Below are positions 48,030 to 60,405 of a DNA stretch of 64,000 nt, one piece after another (within the stretch, counting starts at the first letter, position 1; every line of letters starts with the position of its first letter). The notes under the pieces are model-generated. The model was not told the origin of the DNA. It searched no databases and saw only the letters and a program-made list of their open reading frames with translations. The stretch is taken from positions 26,102,001 through 26,166,000 of the forward strand of contig NC_045717.1 of NCBI RefSeq assembly GCF_009834535.1, in the 5' to 3' direction. The DNA comes from Camelus ferus. Lineage: Eukaryota. Position numbers and translations under genes: made by a program.

Positions 48030-48125
48030 AATCTGCAGGTGCTCAGGTCCCTTACGTGAAGCGGCAGAGGACAGTGAATACAGGCAGCCCTCTGCCTCGG
48101 CGGGCTTCAGGTCCTCTGATACGGA
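48030..48125 (+). mobile_element. MER2/Tigger2-derived short element
   Basis: 'aatctgcaggtgctcaggtcccttacgtgaagcggcagagg...caggcagccctctg'. Confidence 0.55.
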
Positions 48126-48962
48126 GCGCCAACTGCACCTCAATTCTCGAAAGGCATCATAAGCTTAAAAACTGCTCCCCCCACCACGCGCTCTCCTGTC
48201 TGCTTAGAGACCTGCGCTGTTAAGGCCGCTGCTCCCAACGCCACAGGCAGGACCCATGACAGCCCTCTGGGTCCCCAGCGTCATACAGGGCACCCTAGGC
48301 TGTGGGCCAGGCCTGGGCCCAGGGGCCTGGGTGTGTTTGCTGGTGCGAGTCTGAGGGTGCACACATGTGCACGTGCTCACCAGGCAGCGGGGGCAGGTCA
48401 AGGCGGCCCCGTCCAGAGGACCTACATGCTGGGCAGGTGGGGGGTGGGCCTTTGGGGCCCCATGCTCCGATCAGGGTGCTGGTCTCTCCCACACTGTCAC
48501 CCCGCCCCTCAGCAGAGTTTGGATTGCCAGGCCTTGACAACCCACGGGACTGGGAACCCTGAGCCCAGGACAATGAGGCCTGAGCCGAACCCCAACACCG
48601 CTGGAACGGCCCAGGTGCACTCTGATTTGGGACAGGCCTCTCTGCCCAGCCCTGTGGGGCTGCTGGGCACGTCAGACTCCACAACGCTGGCTGCCAGGCA
48701 GGGGCTCAAGGTCGCCCACAGCTCCCAATGGACAAGCGCCGAGCAGGAAATGCAGGGCCCCGAGCCCCCAGCTCAGAAAGCGGCAGCTTCCCCGTCGGCC
48801 CTCAGCCCCCAACACGGCTGTTCCCCAGACATGTAGGCGAGGCGGGGCTCCGGCGGCCTGCACAACCTCCTCAGGGGGGCAGAGACACACACACTTACCT
48901 GCGTCCCCGGTCCCGACAGCCCGCCCCCCACCCTGCGCCCCCGACGTGAACGCGGGGCTCAC

Positions 48963-49149
48963 CTAGCCGGAGCTCCCCGAAGTTGCCACAGCCTATCTTC
49001 TTCCCGACCCGGAAGTTGGGGCCCACCATCAGGACCCCCGAGCCGGTCCCCGAGCTCCGAACGCCNNNNNNNNNNNNNNNNNNNNNNNNNNNNNNNNNNN
49101 NNNNNNNNNNNNNNNNNNNNNNNNNNNNNNNNNNNNNNNNNNNNNNNNN
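48963..49149 (-). CDS. CSNK1G2: CSNK1G2 first coding segment (exon 2); ATG inferred at ~49149 within the N-run
   Basis: [34 protein letters not shown] is visible (48963-49065). Donor G|gtgagc. Confidence 0.85.
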
Positions 49150-49205
49150 NNNNNNNNNNNNNNNNNNNNNNNNNNNNNNNNNNNNNNNNNNNNNNNNNNN
49201 NNNNN
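49066..49205. other. N-run (140 nt) hiding the CSNK1G2 start codon
   Basis: Undetermined bases. Confidence 0.99.
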
Positions 49206-49395
49206 ACGGAGACCTGAGGTCACGGCGGCTCTTCGGGGCTAGCACACCATGGCGGCCCAGCGCCCCGGCTAGTGGGACGCGCGCGCGCGCGAGGGCCCAG
49301 CCGCGGCGCTCATCTCAGTGGCCTCGGGGTCGCGCGCGGGGGGGCGGACACATGCTGCTAACAGGTCCCGCGGGCTCAAATCTCGTGGCTCTCGG
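49206..49395 (-). promoter_or_regulatory. CSNK1G2: CSNK1G2 exon 2 5'UTR portion with three uORFs; acceptor at 49396-49397
   Basis: Minus strand ctatttctccgccag|ccgagagcc. uATGs at 49353, 49313 and 49250, each with an in-frame stop. Confidence 0.75.
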
Positions 49396-52300
49396 CTGGC
49401 GGAGAAATAGGCATGGGTTAGAAGGTTGCAACATGCTCCAGGGTCCAGAGCACCGCCCAGCAGGGAGACCCAGGACTGTGCATAACTAAGAGCAGTGCCA
49501 GGAGGGGGCTCTAGTAGGGGAGCGCATTCTGGAAACACCTTTGCGGCACAAGTGTGATCTGTGACCTTCTTGGGGCAGAGGGGTGGGTGACTAGGCCTGC
49601 GTGAATCCCACCTGTCACTGCCCGTCCTCCCCAGGGCTTCAGGACAGCTGTGCTGGGAGGGGATGTCACCAGTCGAATGACAGAGGCCCAACACCTTGAA
49701 GCCAGGCAGGGAGCCCCGAGCTAGGGCAGAAGGTGGAGCCATTAGGGCTCCTGGGAAGAGGGACAGTGACAGACAGAGTAGAAAGGGCCCGAGGCTGGGG
49801 GACAGGCCTTCGCCCCTGGCATGGGAGCTCTGAGCTGCCTCTCCCCACCGCACCCCCACCAACATCCAGGTGGCACCGAGGTCCCTGGGCCTGGTTCCAG
49901 GAGCTTGTGACCAGGTGGGTGACAGCTGCTGCAGGCAAACAAGGCCGGTGAAGAGTATCCAGCTGGAGGGGCTGCGGGTCTCCGGCCCTGGAGGCCCTGA
50001 CTTGGCCAGGTCTCGCTTGGCCAGCGGCCCCAAGGGAAGTCGGATAGGCTCTGAGCATGACAGGGAGCTGTGTGTGCCACCGGTGGTGGGGGGCTCCAGC
50101 TGGGCCTCTTGGGTATCCCAGCAGTCCCCAGGGATGCAGGGAGGGGCCCACCACCCAAGCCAGGGGGGTGGGGAGGGGACACACAGGGCAGGCCCTGAGA
50201 AGCACCCCAGGGTCTGTCTGTGGTGCCAGCCCCTCCCGGGCCATGGGGTCACCCTGCAGACAGGGGTGTTCCTCCACCACCTGTCACTGTCCTCCTACAG
50301 GCCCTCATCCTCTTCCTGTCCCATCTGGCCAATTCTCACACCAAAGCCGTACACATCTCTTTAAGAAGAAAACACTAATTTGCTCCTATAAAGCTTCCTT
50401 CGTCCTCTTTACAATTTGATTCAGCCGCCTGAGGCCTGGTGTGGGGCTCCGCCTGCCCAAGACCCCCTCACCCCCAAACTGCAGCTCACGCCTACGCCCC
50501 GTCCCCGTCTGGCGCTCCAGGCCTGACGCCTGGTTGAGGCCACGGACCCCTGGACGTCTGATGGGGTGAGACAGGAGGCTTGCTGTGGGGGCGCGGTCAA
50601 GGGCCTCAACTGCAGCTCATTCACAGCCTGCGAAGGCCCCTGGAGGGCCTCCCCCAACCCCCAGGCAGGCTGCAGAGGACAAGCACCGCTCCTGGTGCCC
50701 TGGAGAGGCAGTGACAGCATCGTCTCCTACCCACCTCCCTAGGTGTCCAAGCCTGGCCTAGGCTGCCTCCACGGCCCCCAGTGCCTCCCACCCCCCACAG
50801 CACAGATAGACGGAAAAGTCGGCCAGCCACCTCCTGTCACTGACGACACCGGTGCTGAGATCGTAGTTGACTCGGACATGGTGACACCTCGAGGCCTGAC
50901 TTCACCTTTGACCCTGACCTCCCCCACCCTGAGGGAGGGATGGGGCTCTGGGGATAATGAGAGGGGACATGAAAGGGGGGGCCTCTGCATACCAAGCCAA
51001 GGACAGAATCTGCTGTTGGCCCCCCGGGGTGCCCCGAAGAGGGGGTCCTACTGCATGCTCACAGAGGCAAGACCGCCAGGTGAGGGGAGACGTCCACACA
51101 CCGGCTCACACCCGCCCCTGCCGCCCCTCCCAGCAGGGGCACCGGCTCGGAGCGGCCAGACCCAGGAGGTTTCCAGACGAGCTTCAGGGAAAACATCGCC
51201 CTGTAACGCTGACAGGCTCACATCACATTTCCCTACAACGCGAACAGTAGCGCACGGACCGTCCGGCTCCAACAAGAACCGCTGGACGGGACTCTCAGCC
51301 CAGCTCCACGGTGCCGGGCATTCTCAGGCGGCCCTCCAGGTGGGCTGACGTCCTAACCCCAGCGGCGGACAGCCGCCCCGCGGCCGGGTCCACCACTGAC
51401 CAGGATGGGGGGGGGGTCCGGCTGTCTGAACGTGGCTCGGTGCACTCCCACTGTCACGGGCCACCTGCTCCACGGGGAACAGCGCCCTCTGCATGTGTGA
51501 CAGACACACTTGTCATTGGGCTCAGAGAGATACCCGGCCCGGCCCCAAGTGGACTCGGGCAGCAGTCCCGCCCACCATTTCCGCCCCTGGCGGCCACACG
51601 CACGGGAAGCCTGAGCTGCCTGGGTGGACCGTGAACGAGGAGCCTGCGGGCCCAAGTCAGGGGCCGAGGGGCGGCCTGCCTTCACCTCGGCCATCAGGGG
51701 TCCAAACGCAGGGGCCATACCGCCTCCCGCATGTGACCAATCAGTGACTCGTCGGGGGTCGGCTGTTCAACGTCGGGGATTTGGGAGTGAACTGTGAACA
51801 GCTGCTGTGAAAAGGCAAGTCTACGCCCCACGAGGAAACAGCTACACTAAACAGAGGGGCTCCTCAGAGCCCGCCCCGGGATCACTGCTCCGCTCCAGCG
51901 GGCTCTGCCCGCCCGACCGCGGGGAGCCTGGGCGACGGCCACCGCCGCGCCCCACCCCCCGAGACCAGCCTCGCCCGTGACACCTGAGCAGGCTGCCGTG
52001 GTGGCTGCTGCTCCCTGTGAGCAGCACCGAGCACTGGCAGGAGCCCCCGAACCCGATACCGGTCTGGCCTCGTTTTAGGTCTTCCTCCTTAAAGTGAAAA
52101 CCCACTGACCAACGTGCACGGTGACAAGAGTGCGGACCCCACCCGCCTCCTGCAAGAGCAGGCTCTCGGGGGAACGGGCTGGGCAGGGCGACGGCTAGTA
52201 CCAGCCTCCAGTCCAGCCCACACTCACGCCTCACCCGGCCCGCACCTCCGAAGCCATTGCAAGGCTTCGGTCAGGAAGAAACGAGGCCCGCCCACTTCGG

Positions 52301-52799
52301 GGCCTTGCTCGGGTGGACACTGGGGACCAGAGCAGGTGAGGAGGTGCGGCAGGCATGTCTGTCAGCAGCCGGGGCAGACAGAGAGAGAAGGGGGCCTGTG
52401 CAACCCCCATCTGCGCCACACCACCCTGAGCACTGCCTAGACCCTAGACCATGCGAGGAGGAGGGATGGCGGCACCAAGGGGCTGCCCTCTTTCCCTGTG
52501 TCTGGAAACAAGAAGAGTCCCTTCAAGGCACTTGGGGTTTAGCCTAAAAGCATGTCTGTAGGAACAGATCGTAATCTCAAGTTTTCTACTACAAACAAAG
52601 TCCCCACAGACTCCAGCCTCCTCTGAGCCCAGGCCCAGCCCTGCTCCCCAGGGGCGCATCCGGGGAGCAGACGCTTCCTGCGAGAAAAGCCAAGCACTTT
52701 CCTACTGGGAGGTGGAGGCCGCCTGCCTCGGTTTCTAGGTCCCTGGCATGTCCTGATCCCTAGCTCAGAGAGAGGAGTCACAGAGCACACCAAATTCGG

Positions 52800-53420
52800 T
52801 GCTTTTTACTGAGCTGCAGCTTATGCTTATAGAGCTGAGCCACTGTCACCTCTAGTTCCAGGACATTCTCATCACCCCAGAAAAATGCCCCATCCCCATC
52901 TGCAGTCACCCTGCCCCCTCCCCAGCCCCTGACAGCCAGGAACCCCCTCCCTGTGTCTGTGGACTGGCCTGTTCTGGACGCCTCCCATCCACAGAATCAC
53001 ACACTGTGAGTCCTCCTGTGTCTGCTTCTCTCCCTGAGCACCGTGCTCTCAGGGTCTGGCCCCGTAGGAGCGGGTGTCAGGGCTGCTCTGGCTGTTCACG
53101 GCTGAGCGACGCTCCCGTGAGTGGAGGGACACACTCATCCACGTGGGTTGTGAGCACTTCTAAGCTGCTGAGGACGTCTGTGTACAGGTATCTGTGAGGA
53201 CTGTGGTTTGCTTCTCCTGGGCACATATGTAGGGCTGGCACCACTGGGTTGAGAGGAAACGCAACTAAAGGCCGCCTCCCAGTCAGCTGCCCCATCCCCA
53301 GGCTGCACTCTGCACCAGACCTCCCAGCTCACTGTCTGGCTTTGGTACAGCGTCCGGAGGGTGTGAGAGCTCGCTGTGGTTCTGACTGGTGCCTTCCCTG
53401 ATGACTCCTACTGTACCTCC
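52800..53420 (-). mobile_element. L1MB-type 3' end
   Basis: 'tttttactgagctg...ttccaggacattctcatcaccccagaaa...cagggctgctctggctgttcacgg'. Confidence 0.8.
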
Positions 53421-56400
53421 AGGTTCACGTCTCCCCCATCGGGCTGAGATGGCGCCCAGCCTCCGTGCCAGTGCCAGACACAGGGGAGGAGGCCAGACTC
53501 ACTGAAATCAGTGATGATGGCGGAAGACCACAGGAAAGGCATCTGGCTGTTGATGGGCTGAGGGAGGGAGCCGAGGGTCCTCGTGGGGACGCAGGACCAG
53601 CCTGCCCTCGGAGGAGGGCCTCACAGGGGCCCCGTGTGGGGCCCAGGCTCAGAGTGGCCAGACGCCGGACCACACAGGAGTCTGTGCGCATGACTCGGTT
53701 CTGGAGCCGGAGAGGGGCAGGAGGCTGACACTCCTGGGACAGTAACCAGCTGGCATGGAATTTTCGTAGGAAACACCTATACTTGGTAAAAACTCTGAAA
53801 GTACAGGAAACTGAAGCCACAGCTCCTGGTGCCCTGTCTCCCTGGGTCTGCCATCTGGAGCCCTGCACACAGCCAGGCACCTTCTGTTCCCAGATGACAC
53901 ATCTGGACACGTTACCCTCGTTCCTTTGAAAACTTCCTGGATTCCACAGTGAGAGGTCACTCAAATCTATGCACCATCCGCTAACGCACACTCAGAGGTG
54001 GTTTCCAGCCAGACTTTCTTTCCTGTAGGAAAGTAATTAAAAGCACACACATGTGCACACATGCAAAAAGCACACTTGAAACACAAAGGCGCATCAGAGT
54101 CGAAAAGCAAACCCATGAGAATTTCAAGGATTCTATGGAGACACCTGCCCTGTCCCTTTTCATCACCTCTACCCTGAGGATGCCCCGGGCACTACTCTGG
54201 GCACCCCTGGCCTGCAAGCTGCAGAACCACAGGAAGCAGCCAGGACACCCACTGAGCCAACACCTTAGGGACTGCATGGAGGTCCGGAAGGCCACACAGG
54301 TGAGGCCAGGACATGCTGGGGGTGAAGACAGACAGATCTGGCCTTCTTTCAGGCCCAGCGCAGAGTGCTTCCAGAGTGGCAGGAGGGTCTCTATTCTTCC
54401 CGTAGAGCTTGAGGCCCCTCCCACCATGCCTGAGCCAATGCCTGATCCCCAGGAAGACTGACCACAGGAACAGTGCTGGGAGAGGAGGGCATGGAGATCG
54501 GGGCATGATCTCCTGGTCTGAGAGATGCGGACGTGGTGGGCACGTGGAGGTGCTGGGCGGTGGCCAGAGGGCAGGCACCTTGCACTCCCACACCCCTCTG
54601 CTGTGCCCCATGGACCCTGGAGGCAGAAACTTAGGTCTCAGTCCCGCTCTGGGCAAGCAGTTTTTACAGGACGGGGGCACCAACACCATTCTGTTGTCGG
54701 GCACAGGCAAGGAGCCCCTCCAGGGGACCCAGCTCTCTGCATTCCAACTACCAGCCCTTCCCGGGAGCCCCTCCCCAGTTGTTGGCATGTGGCAGCCCCC
54801 GAAACCCCCATGTCCCACTGTGGCAGGCCTCTGTTCTGGGCAGTGACCCCCTGCTTTCAGGTCCAGGTGGGACCTGCTCTTGGCCCCACCCCGATCTATA
54901 GAGGTAACGCCTCTAGCTTCGCCTGGCCTTGTGACCCAGGACGCAAACCCTTCTGAGCCAATGGAGCTACCCTCTGAAGGCCATGAAGCCCTCGGGCTGG
55001 TTCTGAGGCCCCTGGGCCAGGTCGCCACTCCCAGCCCCTGCGGGATGGAAGGCCCAGGGGCTGACAACTCTCCTGTCCACAGAACCTGCTCCAATGCAGT
55101 GGCGGTAGCACCTGGAGTATTTGAGCATCCTCTAAGCACTTGGGGCTTGGTCAGCAATGAGCTGGGCCCTGACCAAGGGTGGGTCACAGAGCCAGGGTGT
55201 CACACAGCCCTCAGCAGGCCCCAATCTCCTGGTCACACTGTCCAGCAGGGGTACTTCCAACCAGCAAGGACTCAAGGTTACAAACATGCTTTCAGTAGCC
55301 AGCAGGGTGAGGGTCAAGGAGGCCCCTGTGCAGGCGATGGGCATGACGGAGCACAGGATGGAACTGAGCCACGTGTGAGCCGTGGGCCTGGGCACAGCCC
55401 ACGCTGAAAGGGGACGCAGCACTGGGGCAACACGGCTCAGTTCACGTGGGGCCCCACCCCTTGGAGTGCACGGGGGTCCCAGTGGGGGCACAGAGATGGC
55501 AGCCAGGCCCAGAACTAGAGGTTCTGGGGTGTAGAGCACCCCACCTCGGGGCCCCATCCACAGCCCCATGTGGTCAGAGGCCAGGACTGAAGCTCACCCG
55601 GGGTCACGGCCTACAGGGAGTTGGGGCACCAGGAGGCAGGTAAAGAGCCCTGGATCCTGACCCTGTGGATGCCAGCCCTGCCAACCCCACAAACGCCCCG
55701 GGGGCCACCTACCACCCCCACAAAGGGCACGCTGGGATGCCCTGAGCCAGATGAGACCTGAGAGAGGGTGACACGAGAGTCACATGCTGGCCGGGGGAGA
55801 AGGGGCAACAGAGTGCCAAGACAGGGCTGAGACCAGGGTCAAACGTCCGCCTGGAGCCGGGGAGTCTGCCATGCGCCATGCCAGCCCAGCACACCCCGGT
55901 GGACGCACACGCGGGTGGACTCGGGGAAGCAGAGGGTCTGTCAGCCCTGGCCCAGGTGCCGCAGGTGAAAGTAGTCAGGGAGGGGTAGGGCACCAATCCT
56001 TCACTCACCCCCGAAACAGAGCCAGTCTCAACCCAACCAACATGGCCCCCAGGTCCTCCCAGGGGCACCTGGAACTCTCCCCACCCCACAGGGAAGGCCT
56101 CCACTCAGGCCCTCGTGGTCAACTGAAATCCCACACTGGGAGGGCTCCCAGTCCGGCCAAACCCTGGCCTACCCCCGTCAGAGCCCCAGGCCGTGGCCGA
56201 CCACTGGCCGTGTCCGGCAGCCCCGGGTGTGGCCTGCCTGCTGGTATCCACACGGCGTAGGTCCTGCAGGGCCGGTGCTGGGGCAGGGCCAGGCGCCTCC
56301 ACCAGTGCCCAGTGCAGCTGAGTTACCTGCCATGTTCTTTTGAGGGTCCTCCATCTTGTCAGGGCCAGGGGCCAGGTCCCCAGGTGGAGGCCCCAGGAAC

Positions 56401-57879
56401 CCCCTTCTCTGACCATCTCCACCCAGTGATGTCACAGTCCCCGGCTGACGTCACGAGCACAGCCCCAGCCCAGAGCCAGGGCATGTCTGGGACAGAGGTG
56501 GGCAGCCTCCTCCCTGGGGCAGGCCCTTCACAGGCTTCTCGGCCCCAATGCGCATGGCAGACGCCGCCAGAGGTGCTACACTCTGGTGCGACCCCAGCCC
56601 CAGCCCCTTGGAGGCACCTCTGGACGCAAGCATCCCTCCCTCAGGCTGAGCCCCACTCTGTCCCTCAGGACCTCCTCCTTGGAGTTGCCCAGGCGAGGGC
56701 ATGGTGCCCCAACAGCCACGAGCACCCCAAGTGCCAGGGCCTGGTGTCACTCCCCGATAGGAAACCGGAGACAGGCCGGCCCTGGGGCTACAGCCGAAAG
56801 GCTCGAGGTCACCACAGCGTGCTGTTACAGCAGAGAGGGAGGAACAGCCCTAATACAGAGACCGGCCCCTGGGACGAGGTCAGCACAGAAATGAATTAAG
56901 CAGCCACAAGTGATTTACAGTACAGGAATGCAACTCTGAATAAACAGGAGCGGGTGGATGTGCTGCACCCTAGCTGGCAGAGGCTGCCAGGGAAGCACCA
57001 CCGGTGACACCCGAACATGGGCCGAGTGTGCCGAGGAGGTGGCCTAGGTCACTTGTTAGTGACCAGAGAGAAGGCCCTGGTGCAGGAGAGTTCCTACCCA
57101 AACCCCACGGGGGAGGGAGCAGGTCTGAGACGGGCCTGGAGGTCCCGGCGCCCCATCTGGAAAGGCGGAGACAGTGGCCAGACATGATGCGGGTGTGCTT
57201 AGGAGGACCCGGGGCCCGGAGCACTTTCCCTGCAGTGCTCCCACAGATGTGAAAGGTTCTCAAAACGAGAGGCGAGGTTCCCGACACTAGCACCCCAGGC
57301 GGGAGGAGTGACACCCAGACACAATGCCTTGGGTGTGTTCAGAGGCGCTGCCCCGACATGGGGGGCGTGCGCCACGTGGCTGGACCACAGGCTCTACCCA
57401 CATTCAGGCTCGCATGAAAACCCATGCAGCGAAGAACTACAAGGAAAATGGGGGTCTGGGGAGGGGCGAGGAGGGACAGAGAAGGCGTCCAATCGTAGGG
57501 ACGGGGGACAGTCCACACACAGACCCTGCGTAACAACAGGTGACACGGGACAACTAGAGGCACAGAGACAGGGCAGGCCTTGCCGCACAGGCGGAGCTGA
57601 CCATCCCGCCCCCGGCTCACAGGCCGGGTGGGCACTGTCCAAGCTGGGTGTCCCCGGTCAGAAGGCAAACACAGAGGAGCACTCCATGGCACCAGGCACA
57701 GGCCGGGGGTCAGCCGTGCCAGGGGCTGGCGCACACTGTCCTGGACATAGCAGATCCAGGACCTTCCCTCACACCAGAGCACTGGCCTCGCCCCACAGCT
57801 CAGCACAGGCGCCCAGTCAAGCGATTGTCCACGCCCAGCTCAGGCTCCTCAAACTGCCCGGGGAACCCACGTGAAGGGG

Positions 57880-58125
57880 GATGGAGAAATCACACAGCTC
57901 GGGGGGCCTGAATGTCACGGGCACGGGGCAGAGAGGACACAGGGGAAGCGTGGACTCGGAGTAATGGTGATGCAGCAACACTGGCTCACCAGCCGGGATG
58001 CGTCCAGCACTCAGGTGAGGTGTGACCCACGGGGACTGGTCGTGGGGCATGCGGGAACCCCCTGAACTATCTTCACTGCCTATCTGTAAAATTAAAACAA
58101 AATCTATTACAGGAAAAAAACAAAA
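57880..58125 (+). mobile_element. L1MC-type 3' end
   Basis: 'ggactcggagtaatggtgatgc...gaactatcttcactgcctatctgtaaaattaaaac' plus an A-tail. Confidence 0.65.
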
Positions 58126-59799
58126 AACCTCTCTGACAGCCTGTGGCAGCCTCTTCTCTATGACACCCTAACTCTGCTCCACATGGTGGCTGGTGGGCAT
58201 GCTCCTGCCTCAGGACCTTTGCACCTCCTCTCCCTCAGTACTCAGCATCAGCTCTGGTCCTTACTCAGATGTCACCCAGCCCAGCCCCTGACCTCCACCA
58301 CGGTGCTCACTGCTGTCGGCAGCATGTCTGCCCCACCGAGCGCGCTCCCCACGGCCGCGGCAGGAGATCAAGGGGCAGAGCGCGGAGCAAAGGCCTCTGG
58401 GAGCCCACTCCACTGCTGACCACACCGTGCCGCGTCTCAGACCACCTGGGATGGAACAGGCGCTGGCCTGAGCTCGGGGGCAGGGACACTTGCACTGAGG
58501 CAAACTGGGCTCTCAGGCCAGGTGAGAGGGAGAAGTCCTTGCTGGTGTGGCAGCAACCGCGCTTCTATAGAAAGGACTCCGGATGGGCAGCCCGGTGGCG
58601 TGTGCCCGCAGGGGTGGAGGCCTCAGGTGGCTCCCAGCTCAGGGCTGCCCTCCGCGTCTCCTGCACCTTGAATCCCATCATCTCCCTGGTAAGCATGTGC
58701 AAACTCCTGTGAACTCACAAATAGTGGGAAAAGCAGTGGGGAGGGGGGGCTCTCAGGGTGTCCCCGCACTCTGCCCCGACTGGGCCTGGCCTGCCCTCTA
58801 GGGACCGCACGGGGAGGGGGGAACTGGCCCACTGGCTCTTCCAAGGGCAAAAGGCAGTGTGAGCAGATGCGAGGGGCTGGACGCCTCACGGCCTTGAACC
58901 CTGCAGAGACACAGGAGGGAGAGCATTAAAGGGCCCCTAAAGCCACTGCAAGCCCATCTTCCCAGTTTTACTGGGGCAGATCGAGGGTCACCCCCAGGGT
59001 CCCGGCCCAGCCAGCTTCCCTGTCCAATCCCAGTGGTGGACTTGACCTTGGCTGGAGTGGCCAGTGGAGGTGCTGCCCGAGCAGTAAGAGGGCCGGGGAG
59101 AGTGGCTCCATTTCCTGGGGGCGCAGCCTGGGATGGTTTCCCTCCCCGACTCGGAGGAGAACCATGGCCACTCCCGAGCAGAAAGCAAGTCCAACGTGCA
59201 GCCAGACCCCACTTATAAACATGCCCTTGTCTCTCAGGTGTCTGGAAGGGCCTCGCTGCAGTGGGACGGCGCCGTTTCCCAGATCCCGAGCGGCAACACA
59301 CAGCATGCTATGCTGTGACGTGCCTCCTCCTCGTCGAGCACATCACCCCTCGCTACTGACAACGGCCAACAAGAGGACACTGGTTTTGTGGCCTCGCGAG
59401 GCCTGCCCATCACTCCAGGACATGGGACACAGACACACCTGCTCAGAGGAGAGCAGGCGAGGGAGCCAAGGGCGTCATGATCGAAGGCCACAGGCCCATT
59501 TGGCTGCCAGTGGTGTCGAAGGGCAGGACCCGCCCCAGCGTCTGACGCAGGAACCGGCATCTCCAGGACACGCTCCATGGGGCTGCGTTCTAGAAAACAT
59601 GGGGCAGCAGGAAGACCATCTTCCGGAAACTGGCCAGAGTCCCCAGACTCTGAGGAGGCAGAGATGCCACAATAAAGCATGACCCCACTCCAGGAGAGGC
59701 CAGGACGCAGAACCCAGAGAATGAGTCAGCAAGGATGCGGAGAAACAGGACCCTCAGCCATGGCGGGTCCTCTTGAAACAGTGCGGCCGCCATGGACAA

Positions 59800-60405
59800 C
59801 AGCAAGCGGTTCCTCACAAATTAAACCCGGAGTCACCACGTGACCCAGCAACCCTACTGCTCAGCGTCCATCCATGAGAACTGGAAACATGCCCACAGCA
59901 GCACAACTCACAACCAAAGGGTACACACAACCTGATGTCCGGCAACCGAAGAGTGAATAAACACGTGTCCCTCCACACACAGGAGCATCGCTCTGCCGTG
60001 AACAGGAGAGCAGCCCTGACCCTCGCTGCCACGTGGACGGACCCTGAGAGCACGAGCTCAGGGAGAGAAGCAGACACGGGAGGACGCACAGTGTGTGAGT
60101 CCACGGATGTGAAACGTCCAGAACAGGCCAGTCCACAGACAGAGGGAGGGGGCTCCTGGCAGTCAGGGCTGGGGGAGGGGCTGAGGGGTGACTGATGATG
60201 GAGACGAGCTTCTTTTGGGATGATGGAAGCTCTGGACAGGGCTTCTTTTGGGGTGACAGAATGTTCTGGACGGGCCTTCTTTTGGGGCGACAACACTCTG
60301 GAACTGGTCCTGGTGATGGTCGCACAGCTCTGAATGCACTAAACGTCACGGGCGTGTGCTCCTTCAGTCAGCTTTTTGGTCTGTGAACTGTATCTCAACT
60401 AAAAA
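59800..60405 (+). mobile_element. L1MB-type 3' end
   Basis: 'gttcctcacaaattaaac...acatgcccacagcagc...gaatgcactaaac...gtgaactgtatctcaactaaaa'. Confidence 0.8.

Larger units (their letters stand above)
41767..49149 (-). other. CSNK1G2: CSNK1G2 coding span (start codon inferred inside an N-run); apparent frameshift in exon 11
   Basis: CK1 kinase motifs ([43 protein letters not shown]) and C-terminal CCCFFKRRKRKSLQRHK*. Confidence 0.95.

Noticed and set aside
49066-49245. GTG-initiated N-terminal extension of CSNK1G2 (ORF 48895-49245)
   Set aside because: The frame depends on 140 unknown bases, so it cannot be supported.
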